DNA of 63,330 bases, the filler included, from Hyphochytrium catenoides (taxonomy: Eukaryota > Protista > Hyphochytriomycota): NCBI GenBank assembly GCA_900088475.1. It is 10 parts of 10 records of this genome, joined end to end, with 100 filler letters (N's around TTAATTAATTAA, not from the genome) between each part and the next. Parts side by side here need not be neighbours in the genome. Positions count along the whole stretch, not along the records: positions 52,703 to 54,301 come from FLMG01003602.1; positions 54,402 to 59,030 come from FLMG01002320.1; positions 59,131 to 60,326 come from FLMG01000967.1; positions 60,427 to 63,330 come from FLMG01003225.1; 6 more parts are not named here. One strand, 5' to 3'. The notes under the pieces were generated by a model. The model did not search any database. It saw only the letters and a list, made by a program, of their open reading frames with translations, and had not been told where the DNA came from. The position numbers were made by a program, and so were the translations under genes. Positions 52,603 to 63,330 of this stretch are shown piece after piece; position 1 is the stretch's first letter; each line of letters opens with the position of its first letter.

Positions 52603-52702
52603 NNNNNNNNNNNNNNNNNNNNNNNNNNNNNNNNNNNNNNNNNNNNTTAATTAATTAANNNNNNNNNNNNNNNNNNNNNNNNNNNNNNNNNNNNNNNNNN
52701 NN
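52603..52702. other. Artificial contig spacer
   Basis: N44-TTAATTAATTAA-N44. Confidence 0.97.
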
Positions 52703-53819
52703 ATAGAAGAAAGGCCACAATGCAACATTCTTCTCCTCATCAGAAACAAAGACCAAGAAAGCAATGAAAGAAGAGATGACGACAAGACCATCGCCGTATT
52801 CAGACTGATGTCGATTTTATAATCAACAAAGAGGAAGAAGGAGGAAGTAGCAGATAGCGGCCACGGAGGGAGGAAACCGTAGGTAAAAAGCATGGACTTT
52901 TTGATGTTGATGATAATAAAAAAAGGGCATGACAAAGAGAGAATAAAAAGTAATCAGTTACAATTTTGATTATCTATCGCAGCCTTTGATCTATCTTCTT
53001 CAATCTTATGGTTGTGATAACTACAAACGTCAACTGCATACAAATACAGCACAACTGCCATCTCCCAAGCCAAATACAGCCGGTAAAGGTCTCACAGCCG
53101 CAAAACCCACCATTGGGCAAAGTCACATACTATTATGAATCTCACAGGTAGTTACAACTTCAAATGCAGTATTACTATGCCAGAAATCGTGGATCTTTCT
53201 CCCACCCTGGTGGTAACTTGTGGCCCCATGAGAGGCGAGCTACCCATGATAAAACCAAAACGATGTGGTACACCGCTTCACAGTTGCAGCTAAGTCGCAA
53301 GGGGTACAAGATAGAATGGGATGGAAGCTTCTAGAGCGTAAAAGAGGGACGAAATTGAGTGACGAAGGCATAAAATGACGGGCTTCTGAGGGTTATCAGA
53401 AGAGACAGACTGAATGTGCAAAAGAGAGCGAGCGTCAGCAACGCCAAGAAAGAGAGCCATCAAAAAAGTCAGAGTAGCCAAGAACTAAGATAAGTCACTG
53501 TTGGCTATGAAAGAGATACAGGTCGGTGGAGAGAGAGAGCCCAAGCAGGGGAAGAGATAAGGGAAGCCAGCGCAATCCGCAGCGCGAAGCTGAAGCTCTG
53601 CGGGCACGGCGCCACCAGCAAATAGACAGCACAGTCTGCCTTTGTAGGTCTCTGTGACAACGCTGAACAAAGAGAGAGAAAGGCTTGCCTCTCTTCCGTC
53701 TCGATAAAGAGCCCCTCTTGTCTTCACCTGAAAGGTCTCGCATTGGTGTCTTTCTCTAAGTTCTATTCGGGACGGCAAGGATAAGAGAGAGCGTGCTTCT
53801 CTCTTTTCAGTGTAGATAG

Positions 53820-54301
<482 letters not shown>

Positions 54302-54401
54302 NNNNNNNNNNNNNNNNNNNNNNNNNNNNNNNNNNNNNNNNNNNNTTAATTAATTAANNNNNNNNNNNNNNNNNNNNNNNNNNNNNNNNNNNNNNNNNNN
54401 N
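54302..54401. other. Artificial contig spacer
   Basis: N44-TTAATTAATTAA-N44. Confidence 0.97.
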
Positions 54402-54618
54402 CTCCCGCACTTCTTTTCTCTCCTTCTCTCTCTACCTCCACCTTCATCTGACAACCCACGAGGCTTTCTTCAAAGTCTAACGTGGAAGGTGGCTCATAGC
54501 GCTTCAGGTTCAGGGCCGCGTGGAACCAGAATCGAGTCTACTTAAAAGGATGGCAGAAGAGAGAAGGGACGGGAGGACCACAACGAAATAGAGTGAGATG
54601 GAAGGAGCATGAAATGAA

Positions 54619-54671
<53 letters not shown>

Positions 54672-55567
54672 GAGAGAGAGAGTGAGTGAGAGAGACAGAG
54701 ACAGAGAGAGAGAGAGAGGATTGGAGCACAGCGACAGTAGACAGCGTCCTATCAGCTAACTCTGTAGAAAGAGGAACATAAAATAGACCCGTAAGGAGGA
54801 GAGAGCTACCTGTCTCTCCTCATCCCGGAACTCTTCCCAGCCATCCACCACCACCTCCGTCCTGGAGGACAGGCCATACCGAGAGAGAGAATAAGAAAGA
54901 GAGGGAGGATTGGAGATTTGGGCTAACTCTGGGAAAAGGACTGCACAGGTGGCCTTCTCTCGCTCTCTCTCTCTTTCTCTCTTCCGTCTGTCTCTCTTTC
55001 CCTGTCTCTCTCACTCGTTTGATCACTCCGTCTCTGCTTCAAATATCTCTTACCTATTCGACTCTCTCGCTCTCGCTCTCGCGCTCCCTCTCACTCTCCC
55101 CCTCCTTTGCTCTTTCTCTCTCCCTTCCTCTCTCCCTTTCTTCCACCCTGTCTTTCTCCATCTCTTTCCCTCCTTCCTCGTCTCTCTCTGTCTCTCTTTC
55201 CATCAACCTCTCTCTCATATCTCTTTCCACTCCTTTCTCTCTCTCTCTCTTTACTCTCTCTTCTCTTTCTCTCTTTGCGTGAACTCACCTCTTCTTCAGC
55301 TCCAATTCCTCTTCTCCGGTGGAAGTGCTGGGCAGCGCGTCAAACTTTCCTTGGATAAATTCCTCTCTCAGCTTCTCAAAGGGAAGAGAAATCCGTCGGC
55401 CTTCGTTCAGCCGATCTACTGTCCGCTTCTGCTCTTTAGACCGCTTCACGGCTAGAGCCTCGCGGAGGAAGTCGAACCTTAAAGGAACAACAGCGGAGAA
55501 GGAGAGAATGAGAGACAAGAGAGAGAGGGACGAAAGATGCAGAGAGAGAAGGGGGCGGGGTCCACAC

Positions 55568-55608
<41 letters not shown>

Positions 55609-56287
55609 AATCAGAGAGGGACGAGAGAGACAGAGTGTGTGGGAGAAGGTAACAACGAGAGGTAGGAAGGCGAGAGAAATGAGAGAGAAGAGAGACAACA
55701 GAGGCGCAGACTTGGAGGAGAGACGGCGAAGAAGGAAGAGAGAACGAAAGCTTTTGACAAAGTGGACTGATCTATCTCCAGTGGTCTGAGCGAGGATAAA
55801 GATACGGAGATAGCAGAGGTCAAAAGAGAGAGACAGAGAGACAGAAAGAGAGAGACAGAGAGAGAGAAAGAGAGAGAAGACACGACGAACTTTATCTCCC
55901 TCCAGTGCTTTACTTCTTTCCCTCGCCAAATTTTCTGGATCTTCGTCACCATTGCCTCTTTCTCTCTCTCTTCCGCACGCAAGGCGGCCAGACGCAATCG
56001 CGCTATACGGCTCCTTTGCGCCTTCTGGATCGTCAAGGCCGCCGCCTTCCTCTTTCGTAGCGCTCTTTGTGCGCTGATGCGCCACCGGACGAGGCGACAG
56101 GCATTGAGAGCTCGCTGTAAGTTTCTATGGAGGAGACGCTGCCGTCTCAGCGTGAGAAAAGCTTGGTGACGCATCTCCGCGTGCAGCCTCCGGGCCAAGA
56201 AGGCGCGGCAGTGCTTCTGAATTATGATCGCCGCAGTTCTGGCAAATGAGGGAACCGAGAGAGAGAGTGTGTGAGAGAGAGAGAGAG

Positions 56288-56332
<45 letters not shown>

Positions 56333-56653
56333 TGAGGTCCTAAGGAGAGGCACGGTCGAGGGGAAGGCAGGGAGACGAAAAGAGCAGAGGGAGAGCCTTG
56401 ATGTAGAAAGGACTATTGTAGACTCAGGAGAGTCGCGTGGCGAGAGAGGAGAGGAAGACCGACAGACACACACACAAACATAGAAAACAAGAGAGAGAGA
56501 GAGAGAGAACTGGGAGCTCAGGCCAAGGAGGCGAGACAACTTGACAGTGAGCCACAGACGGATGCTGAGGGAGAGAAAGAAACTCGGAAAGAAGAAAAGG
56601 AGAGACCAACAGGCTGAGACAGAGAGAAGGGGAGAAAGGGCGAATGAGTGAGA

Positions 56654-56692
<39 letters not shown>

Positions 56693-57933
56693 AAGAGAGA
56701 GAGAGAAAAGAGAGAGAGAGAGAGACAGAGAGAGGGATGATATGAGGGGAGAAAGGAGAAGATTAAGACCTTCGTAGGGCTGCAATTCGTTTGGTTTCCT
56801 TCTTGAGCTCCTCAATGAATCTCTTCGTGTTCGCCATCTTGACGCTTAACTGGAGTCGGACGGCCACTGCAGTCTCTGTCTCTTGCAGTCTCTCCTCCCG
56901 CAGCTGCTGGAGCTGCTGCCGCACAATTCTATAGCGTTTTCGAGTCGCCCAGCCTTTATAGAGACTGTGCAGACGTCTGCAGACGAATTCTGAAGCTTTT
57001 GTTCTGGCGATGTGCTGCTTGTACGCCTTGAAGCGCAGATAAGCGAGGAACATTCGCACCGAGGCTTGAAGCTTCTTCGCAGCTTCCCTCTCTCTCTTCT
57101 CTCTCTTCAAGCGGATGGCTCGAAGGCGGGCAAGGAAGATTCTCCCTAGCCGCTGCAAAAGAGAAGCCGCCCAGTGCATTCTCTTCAGCTTTTGAAGTCG
57201 CGCCAGTCGCTTCCTTACCTTGTACCCGCGATAAAGGCTTTGGACGCAGATCGCGGCACTGCAGCGGACAGTACGCTCTTGAGCCTTTGACATTTTATAA
57301 ATGTGATAAAGGAGAAGACGAGCGGAAGGGAGAAGAAGGGAAGGGAAAGAGAGACACAGAAAGAGAGAGAAGATGAAGGTGGAAGAGGCAAGGACCAGAT
57401 AGAGTCGGAAGAGCCGGGAAGGAAGAGAGAAAGAGAATCGTGCATGTAAGATAGTAAATCGAGAGAGCCAGAGAGAGGGAAAGAGAGAGTGAGAGAAGGA
57501 GATGTACAGAGAGAGAGAGACATACAGAGGCAGGGAAGAGAAAATGTCTCTCGAAACTGAGAACGGAGGCTGATCTAGGATAAAGCAGGAAAGGGGAGAC
57601 AAGTCAAGTCATGCCAGGAGGCCGTGGGACAGAGAGAGAGAGAAAGAGAGACAGAAAAAGAGACGAGACGAGAGAAAGTGAGGGACAGGGGGAGAGATGG
57701 GCAGACATCATACAGAAAGAAATAGACAGAGAACAGAAGATAGCAACCTTCAATTTTGCCTTGGCTCCGTCTGTCTTGGGTTTGAAGCCAAAGTAGCTGG
57801 TCGCGGTCTCAATGTAGGGAAGGCCCAATGCCATCTCCTCCAGTCCTTTCTGCGTGATCCTTGAGCACCCGTTCATGTTGAGAATCTAAAGAGCACAGAG
57901 CAGGAGAGCGGGAAAGAGAGAGAAGTAGAGAAA

Positions 57934-57973
<40 letters not shown>

Positions 57974-58024
57974 GAGAGAGAGACAAATTGAGAGAGAGAG
58001 AGAGACAGAGACGGAGTGACAGGA

Positions 58025-58056
<32 letters not shown>

Positions 58057-59030
58057 TGAGAGACAGAGAGAGGAGAGAGAGGAGCAGGAGTCCAACAGAG
58101 TGAACGGTGGAGCAAGAATGGGCTCGTCAGAATCACCTTCAAGAGTTAAGAGCTCGAGATAGAAGACATAAAAGCATCGTAGAGACAAGGAGAGAGAAGG
58201 ATGGAGAGAGAACCATTGAGAAGAAACGTCGATGGAAAGAGACCTGAAAGATCTTTTGCTTGCCGACCAGGTGGCTCGCTATGAGTAACCAACCATAAGA
58301 AGAATGCGGAATAAGAAAGAACGAAAGGCAAGGAAGACAGAGAGAGACAGAGAGAGAGAGAGAGAGAAAGAGAGAGTCGTGAAAATTAGCGGGTAGAAAG
58401 AGAGAGAGAGAAGAGCACCTGAATCCTCGGACATCGCCTCAGCACCTCAAAGACGCCTGCCTCCGTTACCTCCGCGCAACCCGCGATGTTCAGACTCTGA
58501 AGAAGAGGACAGCCAATCGCCAGATGCCGAATGCCTTCGTCTGTGATGTTGGTGCATCTGAAGAGAGAGAGGGAGATAGAGAGCAAAAGAGAGACAGGGA
58601 GAGAGAGACAGAGAGAGAGAGAGACAGGGACAGTGAGAAGACGATGGGGCGCAGGAAAGGAGAGACAGGGGTAAACAAGAAGGAGACGCAGAGAGAGTGA
58701 GAAATACAGAGCAAGCCACGAAGGGAGAGAGAAAACAAAACCGTCGCTGAGAGGCACAGAAGGAGAGAAAAAGTAGGGAAGGTTGTCAAGAGACGATAAG
58801 ATTGAAGGGGAAGCCGGCAAGCGGGACGGAGAAATCGGGAGAGAGAGTGCTCACTGACCGGACGGAAACAGAGAGACCGAGAGAGAGCAAATCACGGATG
58901 AGAGAGAAACAGAGAAGAGACAAGTATCTGTGTGTCAGAGAGAGAGAGAAAGAAAAGAAACCTGCTGAGATTGAGACTCTGCAATTCATGGCAGTGCTTC
59001 CCAAGGGCCTGCAGGGCCTTATCTCCGAGC
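54402..59030 (-). CDS. Cys-containing LRR (FBXL/AMN1-type) + multiple IQ motifs + WW-like protein, partial at both ends
   Basis: LRR exons: LGDKALQALGKHCHELQSLNLS, CTNITDEGIRHLAIGCPLLQSLNIAGCAEVT, NMNGCSRIT. IQ motifs: VQSLYRGYKVRK, LQRLGRIFLAR, LQASVRMFLA, IQKHCRAFLAR, IQKIWRGKEVK. Later exons splice to GWEEFRDEERQTRFWFHAALNLKRYEPP. Confidence 0.75.
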
Positions 59031-59130
59031 NNNNNNNNNNNNNNNNNNNNNNNNNNNNNNNNNNNNNNNNNNNNTTAATTAATTAANNNNNNNNNNNNNN
59101 NNNNNNNNNNNNNNNNNNNNNNNNNNNNNN
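59031..59130. other. Artificial contig spacer
   Basis: N44-TTAATTAATTAA-N44. Confidence 0.97.
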
Positions 59131-60326
59131 GTCTGCTGTGACTATTTCCTACCCCATACTCGTATGTTATCCGTAGCAGATAAAACAACCATCGATCTTC
59201 AATCAGGCAACAGTGTTGATGTTGAGGCAAGAGAAACAGAGAGAGACACAGCTTTGAAAAGAGAAGAAAGAGAGAGAGTTAGTGAGAGGGAGAGAGAAAG
59301 AGACGATATAGGAGGGCAAGAGAGAAGAGAAAGAGGAACAGCGAGGAAGAGAGGATGCCATGGGAACAAGTAGCCAGGCTGTGGATCAGAAAGAGAGAGA
59401 GAGAAAGAGAGAGAGACACACATTTGACGTGATGGGAAGAAGTCATCAACTGACAATGTTATCAGAATAAGAAGATCCGAACCTCCAACAAAAGATAGGA
59501 AACAGTAGTTCTACTTAGTTGTCCAAAAGTAAATAGCTTCTATGGAAAGGTGAGAGTGAGAGAGAGTTGTGAGGAAAGTGTAAAAACGGAACCCAGAGAA
59601 ATGAGGGAGAGAGACAGAGAGAGAGAGAGAGAGAAAGAGAGAGAAAGAGAGAGAAAGANNNNNNNNNNNNNNNNNNNNNNNNNNNNNNNNNNNNNNNNNN
59701 NNNNNNNNNNNNNNNNNNNNNNNNNNNNNNGAGAGAGAGAGAGAGAAAGAGGATAAAGATGAAGTTGCACTTCTTGTTTCTTTTAGTCCAATTTTGAGAA
59801 AAACAGAAACCTTACTAGAGGGGACAGTAATGTTGTCATTCAAATTCTGCCTAAGAGTTAACCAAATTTACAATACGTAAATCCGTCTCTCTATATATTA
59901 CTGATAGTATGGTAGGGTGTAGGCTAAAACATCTTTGGTAGGGGTTGAATAAGAAAAGCTGTACATATGCATGGATCTTTATTGCTTTTATGAAATTCGT
60001 AATACTTGTCAATCCTCGGTAAGCCCAAAACTTGTGCATTCTCTTAAAATAACAAAGGCTTCATTTTACAGCTACAGTATATTCGGCTTTGCCCCAAACT
60101 ATACTGGTCAGCTATGACGTTATCTTCGTGTGTGGATGGGGTTTTCAAGAGTGACAAGGCAATCAACGCCTTTTTTGGCCTGCCCAAGCAAGTCCTGTCT
60201 CTCCTGCTTATAAAAAGAGGGCAAAGGGCCTACAAAAATTCACTTCTAGGAAAAAGTTGCGGATCTGGGCCTCCAGGAATATTAACTATGGGAGTTCGGA
60301 TGAGAAAAACTCCCAGCGTTCGTTTT

Positions 60327-60426
60327 NNNNNNNNNNNNNNNNNNNNNNNNNNNNNNNNNNNNNNNNNNNNTTAATTAATTAANNNNNNNNNNNNNNNNNN
60401 NNNNNNNNNNNNNNNNNNNNNNNNNN
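60327..60426. other. Artificial contig spacer
   Basis: N44-TTAATTAATTAA-N44. Confidence 0.97.
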
Positions 60427-60695
60427 GAGAGAGAGAGAGAGGTAGGTAGAAAGATTGATAGAGAGAGAGAGAGAGAGACTTGAGAGAGAGAGAAGCATGT
60501 GAAATGAAGGGGATAGACAAAAGCAGAGATTGAGAGAGACGACGTTAGAACTATAAACAGAGGGAAGATAGAGAAGAGGGACGCCACAGGGAGATAGAAG
60601 GCAAACAAGCGGACCACACATCCTCCAGTAGTAAATTCTGGGCCAACAATTATAACAAATATAGGTGTTCAATATATCTCGGTCAACATGAAACC

Positions 60696-60767
60696 GGGCT
60701 TTTGGCGCAGTGGTAGCGCGTCTGCTTTGCACGCAGAAGGCCGGGGGTTCAATCCCCCCAAAGTCCA
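60696..60767 (+). tRNA. tRNA-Ala(TGC)
   Basis: Full cloverleaf: acceptor stem GGGCTTT/AAAGTCC with the G3:U70 Ala identity pair, D arm GCGC/GCGC, anticodon arm TCTGC-TTTGCAC-GCAGA (TGC at 60728-60730), and T arm GGGGG-TTCAATC-CCCCC. A downstream T-run fits a Pol III terminator. Confidence 0.96.
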
Positions 60768-63330
60768 TTCTTTTTTCTTTTCTCCCACTGTTCAGAACTC
60801 CCCCGCGACAAGTCCTTGCACAAAAAGATTGACCTTTTGCACGATCTGCAGAAGAGCTTCAAGAAGAAGAGAGCGCTGGTTCGACGAAGGATGGCTGGCT
60901 TCCTGTTGCAGATGATGATCGTCCGTAGGTTCTAAAGCTTTCGTCAGACTTTCTAGCCGATGAGGAGCGTGGACGAAGATGACAGGGCAGCCTCCCTACC
61001 GATAGACGCATTGCCCTGTTGTGAAGCATCTTATATACTTGTCCTTCGATGCTCTACCTCACGAGAATGAATGAGTCTAGTCTCAAGTTTGGTCTTGGAT
61101 AATGAGTTGCCTACGTACAATAGCCCATTAGAAGACGTGGTGGTACCTCAGCGAACGATATATGCCTCCTGGTCGGTCCATCTTTCTTTTTCTTCCGCCC
61201 CAGCCCCCGCCCTTAGACGACGAAGCCCAGCAACTGCTGTCGCCCGCGCCCAGACAATGGAGCAAAAGGATCATATTGTAGTAATAGCAGCACGCAGCTG
61301 ATCATCACAGCAGGCGATGTGAATAATAAGTGAGGCAGCATGGATTGACGGCGACGCTTCTTCTCGATCACCTGGTTGCTGATAAGAACAGACAACCGAG
61401 GAAGAAGTCGGACGGGCGAAAGAGCAACCAGGAGAAGAGAGATATTATGTGAGCCGCCGCCAAAGACTACTACAGCTCCATCTTGATCTAGTATCTTTTT
61501 TCTATCAGGAACTGAAGCTACTTAGTAGGTTGAGACCTCAACCAAGAGAGCTAGTTGTGCTCTAACTATATAAAGTAGTGGTAACAAGCATCATCTTCAA
61601 TCACTTATGATGGTTCGTCCGCCTTCTGCTAGCGACTACCATTATTTCTCAACAAGGCCCGCTGCACTTGTCAGAGACATGAAGAAGGACCAGAGTCTTG
61701 CCAGATAGAGTATAGAATTCCCAGCCCCCAAAACAGGGAAAATAGGACTGCAGATTGAGGATTAGAAATTTGCCTGGCACCATAATGAGGAAGCACGACG
61801 GAGGCGCTAGAACGGTACAGTCATCAAAGGATAGACAAAGTGACAAGCAGAGGCCTCCTGAAGGAGCTACTTAACTACAGCGATAACACCAGGTGTAACA
61901 TACTAAAGGACGAGGAGAGATTCGGTGGCCTTATAACCAACGACAGCTGCAGATGCTAATAATAGACTCCTTGGATTCGGCGAGACAGGGGACAGGAGGC
62001 ACGCAGAATAGAAGAGTAATGACAAGATGGGGATGAAGGATAAATAAAGTTGCGATGCGAGTCGACTGAGGCCATGATGGAGCGGACAGGAAGCTGCAGC
62101 AGGGAAATGTGTAACTGTTATCCCAGAGTATTAGCATCTGTGCCTAGACAGGGAACTATGCGAGCAACAGGAGGAGGGCAAAAAGAGAAGGAGGAGCGTT
62201 GCATGCTCTCGACCTGATAAGGGACGAAGAGGAGGTGGATCAGAATAATAAGCACCACGACTAGTAACAGAAGATAGTCGCGGTATGAGGGAGAAGAGGA
62301 GCCAAACAAACTACAAAGACAGAGCGACGCTTTGATAATGCCTAATGAGTAATATCAGAAAGGGCTTGGCTGTTGTTAGATAGCGTTTCCGCAAAGCTTC
62401 TCCTCATCTTCCTCGCACTCTTTCTTCTCTCTCCTCCTCCTCCTCCATTACTGTTGCTGAATCTCTGTCACCGACTCGCTCTTTCTCTCTCGCTCTGTGT
62501 TCTCTTTTGTCAATAAGACTACTCCCGTCTGATACACGATCTTACCTTCACTTTTACAGCTCAACTCCCTGCTACCGCACCGCACTCTTAGGAACTACTA
62601 CTCCCTTTTTGTTCCGTTCTCGGTCTTCCCGCTCATTTCCGCCCTTCTTCCCTCTCTTGGCTTCTTGTGTCGGCCGTTTGCTCTACTTCTTCCTCTCATC
62701 CTTCGCTCAGCTCTACGTTTTCACCTCCCCATATCTCTGCCACACAACATCATAGACCTCCAGAATTGCCCCTTGTGGTCACACACCAAGCTGCAAGCAG
62801 CAGTTTCCTCATCATCCAGCTTTGTCCCTGTTTGTCTCTGGTTGTTGTTGGCAGTGGGTCGTTCGTCCTTCCTTGTTTCGCAGGTTGTTCTTCTGCCAGG
62901 GCTTCCTACTGCTAGGCATTCGTGACCCTACTGGCCACTGTCAAACTGCAAGCAGTGCATTTCTTCTTCCGGCTGTTCTATCTTTATCCTCCTCTTTCTT
63001 CTGCTTCTTGCTTCGATGATGATGGATCATCCTCGCGATCGTGGTGATGACCGGCTCGCCATCACTTCTCCCACATTGAGGAGTTACACCCACCACTCAT
63101 AAGATGTTCAGTTACCACACTGTTTGATTCTTCTTTGATTCTTATCACTTTGAAACCTCTACAAGCATCTGTATAATGGGGCCGACAGGGAAAGGGATAG
63201 TCGTTAATGTGGGTGTGGTCCTGTTCGAGAGGGTCTGTAACCTCTTGCAGTTGGATTGTGACTGAAAGGTTTCATTCTGCCCCTTTGCAGGTCCTCTGAC
63301 ACCATTTAACCCGTCTCTCTCTCTCTCTCT

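Noticed and set aside
59131-63330. Short ORFs around the tRNA and in the AT-rich 59.8-60.3 kb stretch; likewise 36944-38528, 28700-30100 and 44200-46100
   Set aside because: No recognisable motif or coherent exon chain. They may be decayed repeats or unrecognised genes and need a translated search.

Overview
Eukaryotic draft assembly, not one continuous locus. Ten unrelated contigs are joined by 100-bp artificial spacers (N44-TTAATTAATTAA-N44), and there are further internal N-gaps at (GA)n microsatellites. Gene content points to a flagellated protist, probably a stramenopile (an inference from CCDC113, a YHCN-type UBC4 and an LPWRGDxPPY-type MutY). Spliced genes reconstructed by hand: a ~1518-aa WD40/coiled-coil/protein kinase/HECT-like/RZ-finger protein, a secreted GH1 beta-glucosidase, an internally duplicated membrane protein, a GDPGP1/VTC2-like phosphorylase, RNF10, CCDC113, two ubiquitin E2s, an ATG16L-like WD40 region, a PMCA-type Ca2+-ATPase, MUTYH and an LRR-IQ-WW protein. 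Also present are tRNA-Ala(TGC), a decayed copia element and several MITE-like elements. The main candidate for a new system is the gene at 1968-6631. Its HECT-like domain appears to lack the catalytic Cys and is followed by an intact RNF213/ZNFX1-type RZ finger, suggesting a single-chain sensor-kinase-ubiquitin ligase, possibly for cell-autonomous defence. All homology calls are by motif recognition; no searches were run. Most ORFs in the supplied track are microsatellite artefacts.
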